A stretch of DNA of 64,000 bases from Seison nebaliae (taxonomy: Eukaryota): contig JALJEE010002128.1 of assembly GCA_023231475.1 (NCBI GenBank), forward strand, positions 1 to 64,000. Reading direction: 5' to 3'. The translations under genes were made by a program, and so were the position numbers. Under the pieces are notes generated by a model. The model ran no database searches and had not been told where the DNA came from. It saw only the letters and a program-made list of their open reading frames with translations. Positions within the stretch are counted from its first letter, which is position 1. Each line of letters starts with the position of its first letter. Of the stretch, positions 12,101-25,117 are shown piece by piece.

Positions 12101-15100
12101 TGGCGGATTATTTGGACTATCATTAATTCGAAGAGAGTTAGCGAGTCTTTTATTAGGAACAAGGCGAATAAGTACAACTTCGTTTCGTCCACGCTCATAA
12201 TATGAAAAAGATATGGAGTTTCTTCAGTCGTCGCTCGTCGCACTGAGAGTCGTCGTAACTCATCAAAAAATATGGAACTGGAAATTATTTGTCTCATTCC
12301 TTATTTCTCTCCCTATCATACACACAATTGGCTACTTGATAATTGATATTAAATAGCCATTTTGACAACGTCTTCGTTACTATTAGTATGTGATGAAGCG
12401 ATATTTTCTTAAGTCACCACCTTCTCTCCAGATCATTCTCCAATTACTCCCACCGAATCGAAATAAATGACTGGGGAGAAGGAAATTCTAATAGAAATTG
12501 CTAAAGTGAAATGATCAATCATTTCTGTCCTCAACTTTTCAATGGAAGCGACTTGTTATTGATAGTCAACAATCGTACAATTATTGTTGTTGTTGTTATT
12601 AATTTTTCTTTTTCGAGTTGACAAGAACGATTTGACAAATCTAAAGAATCTGGTACGCTTTCTTTTATTTTTGAAGGATAAATATTTTATGGGTAAGAAG
12701 AAAAAAAGAAGAACCAATTCGTTTAATTCCTTATTATTTTCCATTGACAATTCATCATCTATTCTTATTCTGTTTCATCAAATTGAGTTGAATTGAATCG
12801 TGTTCTATTCTATTCACATATGTTCCTTCTCCATTAAATAATTATCATATTATCAATTCACATAATTTTCTCTAATCATAACACTTTCAGTTGACGTGCA
12901 ATGAAAAGCGATTATTGCATCAAATTGGCTAGTCGATTCTTCATAAATATTAATATGTAGCGAGAGAATCTGATAAATTCCCCAATGACTTCTATCTTCT
13001 TTCGTTGGATCGTATCTGTTTCATCTTCTTCGTCTTTCTAATATTCTTTCTGTTCTTACTTACTATCCTCCCTTCCCATCTTCTTCTCCTAACTATAATC
13101 GTGGTAATAATTATTTTTCTTGTCATTCACTAAATCTTACGAAAGTCTCACTCAGTCCAATCGGGACTACTACTACTACTACTACGACTACCAAATACTA
13201 GTCGGGTGAAGTAGTTGTTAGTTGTGTAAATTTGAGAAGGAGTTGCAGATACAATTGGACAAAACTAAAACAAATTCTGAACCTTCCCATTTCCTCCGAT
13301 TCTCTCCCATTGTTCTCATTCTACATAAGCAGTTTTCCCAAATATTGCTGGTCAACATATTGGCTCGCAATCAACAATTCCACGAAGAAGAAGTCATCAT
13401 CCCCACCTACAATTTCCGAGAGATTTTCTTCTTATTCACCATAAGGAAGTAGAGTCTATTGTCACTCGAAGTCCGTATATATGTAATCGTCCGTATGTGT
13501 ATGTTGGGATGGCAAGAACTTCTTTACTTTTCAACGAACTGTATCAATAAGAAAATAAAACTTCATCATCAGAAAATTTATGATCGACTATTCAACTGAA
13601 AATTTTATTTTTTTATTCATTTGGTTTTGACAACCACCATAATTTCTCGACCACTATCAACAAACATTTGAGGTGAAAAGATATAAAAATTTCCATTATT
13701 CGTCCAAAAAACTTCTGACGACGGAATAGACATACATATAATTTCAACATCGGCACAGCTATCTACTTCATAGAATACGGAATTTATCGTTTCTATGAAA
13801 TGGTTTTTTTTTATACATTATTATTTCATCATTATCATCATCAAAACTCAACGATTGTCAATCGATTTCTTCATCATTCTACTCGCTGTCAATCGAGAGG
13901 GAAAGTGTTTTATGATTTATTTCTAATTCCGTCACAAAATGTCCATAATCAAATCTTACATGTTCCGATGATGTAAAAGAGAGTCATAGTTGTTAGTGAC
14001 AGATAGTAAGAAAATGTGAGTGGAAGAAAATATTTGACTGTTGAATGCAGCGTGACGAATGCTATAAATCGTTCTTTTATTTACAACAGGAAATATTGAA
14101 CATGGAAGGATTCCATGATTCCGGTTAATTCTAATGAAAATTTCCTGATATTTTCGATATTTCTCTTTCGATATTCTCCCTCTCACCATACCTTTTCTAA
14201 TTTAATTAGCAACCAAAAACAATACACAACATCGCTTATGTAAGATAATAATTCGAGGAAACTATTCCATCAATCACAGAGAGAAATCACTTATTGATTC
14301 TTAGATCAATAGAGGAAACCGATTAATTTTCTAGTTAAATTTCGAATCATCAAATTCTCGTTCTTTCGGGATGTGATCGATAGATCGGTTTGTAATGAAG
14401 ATTAGAATGAAAGTAAGAGGAATAATAGATGAATATTTTATTTAAGTGTTTAAGATCAACATCAGTCACAGCAACAATAGTAGTAGAAGAAGAAGATGGA
14501 ACAAATTGTGGGGAATTAGTTAGAAAAACAATTTTTTTCGTGCTCGTTAAAAGAATGTTCGATGGACAATGGTCAAATTGGCCTGTCAATCAATTCTTTG
14601 ATCGATTAATTTTCTTTCTGATTATTTATTTATCATCACATGGGGCATCAATTGCCTATGGCTGGTAAGATTCTCATCGAAGAAAGTGTTTTTTCCTGCC
14701 AATTCTTGTTACATATTGACAAGCACTGGACAGTCACCATTCCTCCATTAAGTCGGCATTTCGTAATTATCCTCACGTCATTATACTTGTCGACCTGATA
14801 TTGATCGACAGTTCTATTCATCAAATTCGATTATTCTCCGCGTCATCTTTTCACTCATTTCACTCATCGTTATCTTTAATTGTAGACGATGAACTATTGT
14901 TGAACCGATTCTTCTTTCTTTTTTTTTTAAATTGTGAATGGATGAAAAGGATAAAATCGAAAGAAATTCTCGTCAATTGAACGTTCCGTTCCGTTCCGTG
15001 GAGTTTTCTTTTAATGGATTAAATAAGAACGACATCTGCCTCTCTCGGAGAGGCTCTCCTGACTTTAGTGTCAGTTAAGAGTATAAGTCCATCAAATAGG

Positions 15101-17738
15101 AAATGCTTAGACATGAACCGCAATTTTCCTTTCTCGTCCTCCACAAAATAAATAGCATTTTATTGTTATTCATATTCCAACCACATTGTCCACATACACA
15201 CCAATTCCCGAAAGAACAATCTCGTGTGTATATCCACTTACTATCCATATCTTCCTAACTGACTGTGAGAGTCGAAAGTATTTCGATGTGGCTGTGTCGT
15301 AGGGAAAGAAAGTGAAGAATTAGAGAAAGTTAAGAAGAAATAAATGGAAATTAGAATTTGTTCGTCGTAGATGATTTCATGTTGGTATGGAATCGATATC
15401 ACATTTTCTTTGACAATAAAAATAAATTAATTTCCATATAAAAAACGAGAATTAAGTCCAATAATAGAGAAAGAAAGAACATGTTATTTCATCGGATTAC
15501 AAAAAATGTATTACAACTTTTTATTAGCCGTTTAATAGCTTCCCATTCATTCGCTTACTCAGTCATTACTTCAGTCATTTCTTGCTCATTGATACTATTA
15601 TGTTGGGGGGATAGTACATTCCCGTCCCTCCTCTCCCCATATCATGGTTTCCTTAGGAAATATGCATGAACTCGATTCGTTTCAAGGAAAATTATGTTAC
15701 TTGATATGGATTGTACTTAAGATATATGTCTGATCAATGATCGAAAGAAATTTCAGGTTCTGTAAAGGAATTCTTGTACGGAATCGATTCTTCCGTGAAT
15801 ACACATCAAAAATTAAGAAAGGAACTAATTGAATAATTAGATGAGAGTCGGATAAAGCGGAACATCGCATTCGTAACATTCACTAATTTTTCGACCATCG
15901 TCAATTGCTAATTTCCTCCTTTATATCGACGTTGATTGAGGAAGACTCATCCACAATAATCGGAGTTCAACCGCTCGATTTGCGATTTGACTGGAAAAGA
16001 AGTACAATAGACGTTGTTGTCGTCTTTGGGAGAAGCAGGGGGGAATAAATGGGGAAAGATGAAACTGATGACAACGTGGAAGTTGATCGTTTTTCTGTTT
16101 CTCAAGATTTTTCTATTTGCTCTTCTCATCATCAACATAAAGTTATCCATTCTCCTACAAATTCCACATTCTGGGAAGTTGAAGATACGAATGAGATGAT
16201 CGACATGAACGACATTTCTTTCTATTTCCATTTAGCGGCGAACGTGTTGTATTAAGCGAAATTTAAAAAAAAAGAGTTTGGAAGAAATTTAACATCTTCA
16301 CTTTCTTTCTTCTTTTCTTCATCCGTCTTGAAAGAATGGCAAGTTTTATATAATTTTTTCTATCGTTTCTTTCTTCTGCTAATTCAGTTCAGTTATTTAG
16401 CTAGTTATATCGATTGGGGGATGGCAAGAAGTAAGTATAAGATATTTCTACCATATTCCTGAACACTCTTTCCAATAAACGTGAAATTTATCCATAATCG
16501 TCATGAACGTCAATCAACGTTTAATCACGATGTAAACGTTCTTTTCTTCTTTTATCTTGTTCGAATGATCCCCTCCAACTCCAAACATCGAACACATCAA
16601 AAAAGAAGAAAAAACAAGAAAAACTAATTCTCGATTTGATTTTCCTCTTTTTTTCTCATCGCTAAATATGCAAATCGTGTATTGAACCTAATTCACCCAT
16701 TTATTCTTTCCTACCATTAAAAACAGAGGAATATGTCGATTTATTAATCCTTCCAAACACAATTCAACTTCGTCTAATAGAAGACAGGTTAGACGAAAGT
16801 TAAACATGCAAATTCTTTTCATTGCTACCTAACAAGAAAGGTACTCTTCCATGGAAAGTGACAAAGTAATTAGAATAAGCGACTAAACTTTCTTGAAAAA
16901 AGAAGAAGAAGAAACATCGAAAACTTCTCCTCCTTATTGGGGGAACAGAAGAAGAAGGAATTGTTCACAGCTTCTCATGTCGGAGGTTGTTGAAGGAAAA
17001 ACATGAGTGCATATGATTCAAACCTTTTACTTCCACTATTTACTTTTGCTTCTGAAGTCACCTTCATTGTCCTTCTTCTCAACATAAGTTTAAATCGTGC
17101 AATTCTTCCACAACCACCCGATTCTAAGTCGTTTGAAGTCATTTACATGAAGTCATATTGGTCGATGTAATTCGCTTTGACTATATCATTTCGCTCTACT
17201 ACTACGACTACTAGTTCTTTCTTTTTCGTGAGGTGTGAAGATTCTTATCTTCAAAAGAAACAAGATAATTTCATGAAGTAGACAAACCACTATCTATCTA
17301 TCGACAACACAATCGAATCAATGGACATCAATCAAAAGGACAATGTTTTTCTTATCGACGTCATTGACGACGTGAGGGGATTAGCATCTTTCTTCACTTT
17401 TTCAATTTTTCTCCCTCCATTTCATTATTTTGCTACAACAAAACAAAGACAACCTGCCTGTTATGTGTTAGTAACCGAATACTAATCCTTCCGTATCAGA
17501 TTCGGTGCTTTAGCAGACATTGTCTCCTCTGAATCACATACCTTATTCGAATGGCAGCAGTAGACAGGAATTTTATTTGAAATAGATTTCTTTTCGTCTA
17601 TACGTGTATTTGAGGAGGAAATATTTAACGGATTTCCTCATTTTCCATTTCATTCTCATTTCTCACTCGATAAATTTTCCATTCGATTTCTGATTATTGA
17701 TTATCGATTATTAGATTAATTTCTCAAAAAAAAAGAAT

Positions 17739-20700
17739 ATGTATTATAAACTTGTAAATTTACTTCTCCTCCTCATCATCATCATTCTACCCGTCATCTC
17801 AACAATCTCATCCTATCGAAAGGAAATCATCATTGATGAGGAATCGGTTCTTCCTCTACACATCGATCTAGCCGATGTCACGAAGGAAATATTTCCGTTG
17901 AACATCTCGAATTATGAACGTCAAACAAAAATTCATAATTTTATAAAGAATTTACAAATAACAAAAATTGATCGTAAAACTAAACGGAAACAATTTAAGA
18001 TAAATGAATTATTCCGACTTATTCCCTCTCATTTATTCTCACAAATCTCGTTGATCTTTTACGTGAAAAAGAATATGAGACAAGAACCATTCCAACGATT
18101 GGATCGAGAATTCCTTCATCAAAATGGTTTCTGCAATAAAATCTCAACAGAATCGTCAGTTATTGGGAGAACTCCCAAATCTCAATTATGTCGTTTATCG
18201 ATTTATTTGATGTCAAGCAATAACATTTTCATCAATCTCCAAATTTATGTGAAGGATATTAATGATAATTCACCAAACTTCTCTCTCTTCCACGAGAAGA
18301 TACAAATCCAATCGAAAGAAGTCAAAGTTCTCCGTCTCGCCATTAATGAGAATACTCCGATCGACGAAATGATTCTCTTACCAAGAGCGACTGATATTGA
18401 TACGTTTCCAATCGATATCAAATATGTTTTAATACAAAATCAATTTGAAACGATTCTTTCTTCATCATTTGGTGCTTCTTCTAAGCGTTGTCATAGTAAC
18501 ACGAATTACTTCCAACTAATCAATTCAACAACACCGAAATTGAGAGTGAATCGACTCATCGATCATGAGATAATTCATCGATGTCAATTGAAAGAATCAA
18601 ATAATCTCAAATCAATCCTCAAAATCAAGTTTACAGAAACTCCATTATTCTTATTATTACGAGCCATCGATCCACAAAACGAATTATTTTATGATGAAAT
18701 TCTTCTCAAAATTCTCATTAACGACGAGAATGACAACTTCCCAAAACTTGTCGATTCTAATAAGAATTATGAGATTAGAGTGAAAGAGAATATCAAACCA
18801 GGAACGGAATTATTACGATTACAAGTAGTAGACGATGATACTGATGATCAACTTATTTATCGAATTCGACACATTTCTACTATTCCCGAAACTGACAATT
18901 TCGATCAGTTTAATCGATATCAATCTGTCGATTCCATTCTACAAGTGGACGTGACAAATCCGAATGAACGACAACCAGATTCTGCTCCTTTTGAATTATC
19001 AAAAAATCATGGAATCCTTCGTTTGGCACCAGAAACTGATACTCAACTTGATCGGGAGTATATTCGACAATATAATTTAACTGTTGAAATTTCTGATTTA
19101 AGTTCACATCAAATCGAAACGATTATCCGAATTAATGTTATCGGAATTAATGATAATCAACCGAAATTAAATTATTTGTCACCATCGACGAATGGTTTAG
19201 GAATGAATAAGGAAAAGATTCCTTCATTCAAATTAGATGAATTCGAGAAGAAAATAGAGAAATTCTTATGGAAGAAACGATATGGAGAGAGTGTGGGGAA
19301 TGTGTCGAAAAGAGATAATGGAACATCGAATAATGATCAACTTCTCACATTATTCTCAGCGACTGACGCTGATGTTGGAGAACATCATACGAAATCATTA
19401 AAAATTGAAGTAAGTTCTCCATTTTTTTATGTTCTAGAATCGAACACAAACATCGGACAAGAGAGTGAAATGCCTTTCACTCAATTTTATGGATTGTATG
19501 TAAAGAATGATTTGGATCGAGAACAGTTGGCACTTAAATCAGATCAGTCGATTAAATTACGAATAAATGGAAAAGACGAAGATTTCGTATCTGATCCACT
19601 TTACTTCATCGTTTCAGTGAATGATGTGAATGATAATTATCCAAATATTTTCCGATGGAAAAAAATGAAACAATTAAATGATGTGACAAATGATATTAGA
19701 ATAATCCGATTACCAATTATCGATTTGAAGAAAGAAGGATTCGATCGACGTCAACATGAAATTGATGATCTAATAATTTTCGATGAAGATATAAATGAGA
19801 ATAGCGATCTATATGTCCGAATGGAGAAGTCGTCATGTGAAGATGAAAGTATCAGATTTCTAGTAACAAGTATCAATGTGGAAGAGCAACATTATATTAG
19901 GAAGAATTTGGGATTGTCAGTCGATCAACAATTCCGTCGAATTATTCTTCGATTACGACGACGTCCATTGAAAAGGAATTTCGATCCTTTAAAAAATTGG
20001 TGTTCGACAACTTTGACGGTTTGTGATAAGAATCGATCGAAACATCTTTGTTCTCATCTCATCTATCTATTTACGGATTCGAGTGAAACAGATGAATTCT
20101 TAACGAATTTCTTTCGTCATATTATCTCCAATCAAAATCAGACATTTGACGATCAAGTCAATTATTTCCATTTGATGGAATTGAGACGTCATTTGGATAA
20201 TTCAACGATGAATATTCCAGCAATTTTCAGAATGAATGATGAGAATTTAATGAAAATCCATCAGACATCTGCTATTGGCAGATTGAAAGGATCAGTTGCT
20301 AAGATATCTGTCTTTTTATTAGCGACTCTCATTCCAATTATTTTCATTGTAACAACTGCTGTTGTTATTGTTGTTTCGTTAGTGATCGTGCGAAAGAAAC
20401 ATAAGACGATAGACAAGAAAGAAGGGAAATTTGATAAGAATCAAATGAATGGAAAGAAGAAATCGAAGAAAAGAAAATCGGAATATCGATTTCAAAAGAG
20501 TTTTCTCATTCTCTCCAATCTCAATCGACAAATTGAGAAGAAGAAGAATGATGAAATATTTTCTATGCATAATGATTCCAAATGTCCATCACCGAAGAAT
20601 TCGAATGAATTTGGATCAACATCTTCATCCAACATCTCCTCTCATATCTCGCCCAGTGTTGAGAAGAAATCAGAAAATGATTTTCCTAATTTCTCTCCTC

Positions 20701-21524
20701 GAGTCTTCACTTTCAAACGACCTCAACATCAACAACAAGTTTTAGAACAACCAAAACGTTCATCCGATTGTACAACTATTCAACATTATCTAACTAAAAA
20801 TCGAACGTCTATTCTAGAAGTGAATGATACAGACACAACATATGAATCTCGTCAAGCACAACAAACACAAGCATTCAATTATCATGAGAAGAAATTATCG
20901 AATTCCGATTCATCAACACAAAATACAGATATGGATAAATCTCAAATTTATTCCATCGAAAATTCCAATCAATATCTCCCCAATAAATTCAATTCACAAC
21001 AATACTCCGAATCGGAACAACAACGATATAGTGGCCATTCATACAATGTTCCCCAATTGACATTAATGGGTCGACGACGATTAAATGGCGATTTCACCAT
21101 ACAAGGACGTCCACAATTCTTCAACGATCAAACGAATGACGATCGACTAAGCGAAGAATCATGTTATGGTAGTGGTGATGGTGTGATGAATGGTGAGATG
21201 TCATACTCCATCGATAATCATTATAATAATGACGCTATTCGTCATCATCAACAACAACAACATCAAGAGAATTTGACTGTTGAATCAGCTGAGAAATATC
21301 TATCAGAAATTTCACAAGTCTCTCGTTCTAACATCACCAACATCGTCAATGAACGTCAAAGGAACATCTTCACTGAAAACAACAACAACAACAACAACAA
21401 CAATAACACCACCAATACTAACAACAATTCGAGTAATCAGATTCAACGATTCGAAGATACGATAGGTGATGAACGTGATTCGAGAGGACTTTTCATTCTC
21501 CCTAAACATTCGTCATATGTTTGA
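17739..21524 (+). CDS. Protocadherin-like cadherin-repeat transmembrane protein (single coding exon, 1261 aa)
   Basis: Signal peptide, LDRE motifs, and DxNDNxP linkers (DINDNSP, DENDNFP, GINDNQP, DVNDNYP). A TM segment (ISVFLLATLIPIIFIVTTAVVIVVSLVIV) is followed by basic residues and a low-complexity cytoplasmic tail. Confidence 0.9.
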   Translation: MYYKLVNLLLLLIIIILPVISTISSYRKEIIIDEESVLPLHIDLADVTKEIFPLNISNYERQTKIHNFIKNLQITKIDRKTKRKQFKINELFRLIPSHLFSQISLIFYVKKNMRQEPFQRLDREFLHQNGFCNKISTESSVIGRTPKSQLCRLSIYLMSSNNIFINLQIYVKDINDNSPNFSLFHEKIQIQSKEVKVLRLAINENTPIDEMILLPRATDIDTFPIDIKYVLIQNQFETILSSSFGASSKRCHSNTNYFQLINSTTPKLRVNRLIDHEIIHRCQLKESNNLKSILKIKFTETPLFLLLRAIDPQNELFYDEILLKILINDENDNFPKLVDSNKNYEIRVKENIKPGTELLRLQVVDDDTDDQLIYRIRHISTIPETDNFDQFNRYQSVDSILQVDVTNPNERQPDSAPFELSKNHGILRLAPETDTQLDREYIRQYNLTVEISDLSSHQIETIIRINVIGINDNQPKLNYLSPSTNGLGMNKEKIPSFKLDEFEKKIEKFLWKKRYGESVGNVSKRDNGTSNNDQLLTLFSATDADVGEHHTKSLKIEVSSPFFYVLESNTNIGQESEMPFTQFYGLYVKNDLDREQLALKSDQSIKLRINGKDEDFVSDPLYFIVSVNDVNDNYPNIFRWKKMKQLNDVTNDIRIIRLPIIDLKKEGFDRRQHEIDDLIIFDEDINENSDLYVRMEKSSCEDESIRFLVTSINVEEQHYIRKNLGLSVDQQFRRIILRLRRRPLKRNFDPLKNWCSTTLTVCDKNRSKHLCSHLIYLFTDSSETDEFLTNFFRHIISNQNQTFDDQVNYFHLMELRRHLDNSTMNIPAIFRMNDENLMKIHQTSAIGRLKGSVAKISVFLLATLIPIIFIVTTAVVIVVSLVIVRKKHKTIDKKEGKFDKNQMNGKKKSKKRKSEYRFQKSFLILSNLNRQIEKKKNDEIFSMHNDSKCPSPKNSNEFGSTSSSNISSHISPSVEKKSENDFPNFSPRVFTFKRPQHQQQVLEQPKRSSDCTTIQHYLTKNRTSILEVNDTDTTYESRQAQQTQAFNYHEKKLSNSDSSTQNTDMDKSQIYSIENSNQYLPNKFNSQQYSESEQQRYSGHSYNVPQLTLMGRRRLNGDFTIQGRPQFFNDQTNDDRLSEESCYGSGDGVMNGEMSYSIDNHYNNDAIRHHQQQQHQENLTVESAEKYLSEISQVSRSNITNIVNERQRNIFTENNNNNNNNNNTTNTNNNSSNQIQRFEDTIGDERDSRGLFILPKHSSYV

Positions 21525-22003
21525 ACTTTTTCAAATTTCTGAATTTAGTTTTTTCTTTCGTTCGTGAAAATTTTATTTTGTACAAAAAACCTTCTCCTAC
21601 TTCTTCACACCATCATTACTTTATTATTATACCGACATCTAAAGTGTAAACTAATCGACTATTTGAAATTAATGAACATTTCCTTTTATTCTCATTCGAT
21701 CTCTGACGAAATTTCAAAAGAAATTTCAAAAGAATTTTTACTAAATTTTTTACAACTCACCATATCATATAATATATATTATGGCATATATTAAATTTTA
21801 TAAAATTTAAGAATTGTGATAATAGAAAGATATTGTAAGGAAAGATGTAAGTTTAAAGGAATGAATCAAGATTTTATTGATATTGCAAAAAAAAGTGCAA
21901 TTCTTGAAGAATCGGTGAAAAAAGAAGAGTATTTCTATTGCTATTCCTGTTCTTTTCGTTATGTTGGTGAAATAAATAAATAAGTTTCATGAATGTTTCC
22001 ATG

Positions 22004-24507
22004 TTAGACAGATATTTCTGCGTTATATTCTTCCCATAATTTATGTAGCTAAAATGAAAATATCGAAGGAAATAGAAATAAATAATGAAAAATTGTCCAA
22101 CTTCTTTTTGAGTTGTCAATAGTTCGCGAGTATATTGCAAAGTGGCGTCTTCGAAATCGATGACATTGAATTGTTTAAATCGTTTCATGTCAACTTTCAA
22201 ATTCTTCGAGATATCTTCAAACGTCTTCTCACTAGTGTTTACTCGTCGTTCCAAGTCTTCAATATCAGCATTTAGAAGAATGACTTTTTGTCTCTTATTC
22301 GGTTGTGTCTCCAATCGTTTTAGAAGTTCATGTTTCTTTCCCAGAGTTGTACTGTTCGATGTCCATGTTTGCCATGCTCTACTTCGTGCATCGAAAGACA
22401 CTTTAATTCCTTCTAAACATGAAATCTTATCTTTTAGCACTTCCGCCAATCCATACAAATCGATTTGTGATTGACGATAGAAAACTTTCTCGTGTGCTTG
22501 GAACACATCAGCTAACGACGAGAAAGCTCTTGTCAATTTGTCGTCATCTTCGTGTGATGCCACCGATTGTAATGCAGTACTTAATGCATTTGCCGTAGTG
22601 GAAACATCTGAGGAAATTAAAAAAGATATAAACAATAAATTCCGGTTCATCAAAAAACTAATTTCAAATAATATTCATAAAATTTTCAATAAAAAATCTT
22701 AAAAGATTTTTTGGGTAAAAAATTCCGTAAAATTTTTTTGATGAAAAATCTCAAAAAATTTTTTGGATAAAAAATTCCGTAAAAATTTTTTTGGTGAAAA
22801 ATCTCAAAAGATTTTTTGGGTAAAAAATATGAAAAAATTTGTTTGGTGAAAATTTAAAAAAAATTTTTTTTATTGAAAATTTGGAGAAATTTTTTCTGCG
22901 ATGAACAAATGATGGGAACCTTTTCTCATTTGACTGAGATTGGATAGATGTTCGTACAAGTTCTTTGATATTTGCAACATGGAATTCACTTCATTGTTTT
23001 CTTTTTCGAACCACTGTAAATGGGAAGGAAGAAGAGACAATTAGAGGAAAGAAGATAATTATGGAATAAATGAACTAAAGATTGGAAAATAAAGAACTAT
23101 ACCCAAAAAATTAAAAAGGAAATGATCTAAAATTTCTACATGTCATCGGCTAGTTCGACTAAGATACCTTAAACTCAACAAATATGTTACGGTAATCGCT
23201 AGACGGTTTGCGTTTATTTGTCACTTTTAAAAGAATGTACATTCTCGACTTTATTTCCAAAAACAGTTTTTTTTTTCGGAGAGATGTCAGGATATGTGTT
23301 GAAGAGATGGAAAGTAAACCTGATCTTCTTCTTCCATCGAAGTTTGAATGTTACTGACAACGTCGACAGCTTTCGTCATCATTCGAAGTAATCCAGCTCC
23401 CGATATTGAAGAAGTTTGAGAAGATTTTGGTAAATCAGATTGACAACTAAGAAATTCGACGAAAACGGTATCTCTTCTGATAGCGGGATGTCTAGCCAAT
23501 CGTTGCAACCATCGTAATAGAGCTAGTCGTCGTTTCTCGATGAAATCAGCTTCCTCTTTATTAATTTTCATTTTTGCTGATTTGACAACGGATTTCTGAG
23601 GAGGAATTGGCATTATTACCGTTCCTTTCGATTCATATTTTTGTAGTAAATGTTCATAGAGACCAAGAAAGTCACTATATCGTCTCCAAACGGTTAGAGC
23701 ATCTTGAAATCGATAACAATCGATATTCGTCTAAAGAAGAAATAATTCCTTCTATTAATTATTCAAAAATTGAACTTGTGTGATGATTTGATAAACAACA
23801 TAAGTCTGTAATGTCTCATCTTTCTTTGACGTTAGATCCATCGAGATATCGATGGTTTCCGTTGGTGATGGTAAAAGTGATGTATCTATCGGAATGACAA
23901 CTGGATGATCACCTGTTTCATTATCTTTCTTATTCTCCGTTTCTTCTTCATTTTCCTTTCCTCCAAAAAGATCATCGTCATCTTCTTCTTCCACATCATT
24001 CGCTTCATCATCTTCATCTTCAACTTTTACAGTTTCCTCTATTTTCGGTGATTGACTTGATATCTCTTTAGGTTTTAATGGAGTTGAAACTGGTTTGTCT
24101 TGATGTTTCTCACAAATTTTTTCTTGGTCGACTTCAGCTGGTTTTTTTGATGGTTCTGTCGAATCGAACCAATCGCCATTATTAGTGTTGGTGTTTTTTT
24201 CAATTTTCGGTTTTTCTTCTTCCTCATCGGCCAAGAGATCAATATCGACCATATTCTCTTTAGGGACATCGTCATTCGTTGGATTATCAATGAGATCTAA
24301 ATTTTCATTGAACATATCAGTCGATTTATTCTTTTCATCATTCTCATTTGTGAGTAACATATCGAATAAATCTGTTGGCGGTTCCAACGATTTCTTCGGT
24401 TTCGAAACGGCTGTCGGTGCCAATGTATTGGGAGTTGATGACGATGCTTCCTCGTCATTAACTGGTGATGAGAAGATATCATAAACACTATCAATGTTCT
24501 GACTCAT
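22004..24507 (-). CDS. SNX1/2: Sorting nexin 1/2 (PX-BAR), 5 exons
   Basis: Acidic disordered N-terminus, PX domain (VWRRYSDFLGLYEHL...PIPPQK...FIEKRRLAL...HP) and BAR domain (LTRAFSSLADV...FEDISKNLKVDMKRF...LWE). Intron donors are at 23775, 23319, 22919 and 22101. Confidence 0.9.
22685..22890. repeat. Intronic degenerate tandem repeat (about 52-55 bp unit)
   Basis: A unit like aaaaatctcaaaagattttttgggtaaaaaattccgtaaaatttttttg repeats about 3-4 times within SNX intron 3. Confidence 0.7.
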
Positions 24508-25117
24508 ATTTCTGAATAATTAACTTTCCTCACAATTCGTCTTCTTCTTTTGAAAAATTTTCAGTTAAACAATATACAATACCACTCGAATCATGTGACC
24601 TAAAAAGAATTAATTATACTATTTCGCCGACTAATTTATTAGGAAATTCTTTTTCTCTTCCTCTTCATCTAATTCTCCATTTCTCCAATTTTTTTCATTC
24701 GAATATTCGGCATTTCTCTCCAGGAATAATTCGATAATTCATTCAACTTTTTTCCGTCATCCTTCGATCTCTCATCATCTCGTGATGAGTTTGTTAATCT
24801 TCTTTCGACATTTTCATATGGAACTTTTTTTTTCGATTTTCTTAAAATTGTTGAGAAATATATGAAAAAAAATTTTCGCTTATTTTCCAAATATAAATTT
24901 TTCTTCTATTGATTGAGGATAAGAATAATGGATTATCGATTAATTAAGGATTGATTCGGTTTTATGTTCACCGGCTTAACATGGTGATAATTTGATTGAA
25001 GAAAGAGTGGAATGTATATTTATGAAATTGTTTGTTGATGGATTCGTTTAAAAAGAAAGCTCAAATTGAAATTTGGTTAAATAATTTTTCTATTTGAAAC
25101 ATATTCGTTTTTCAGTG

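Noticed and set aside
9948..16255. Many 60-95 aa ORFs upstream of the cadherin
   Set aside because: They have low-complexity F/I/L/S composition typical of AT-rich non-coding DNA, no motifs and no consistent splice chain.
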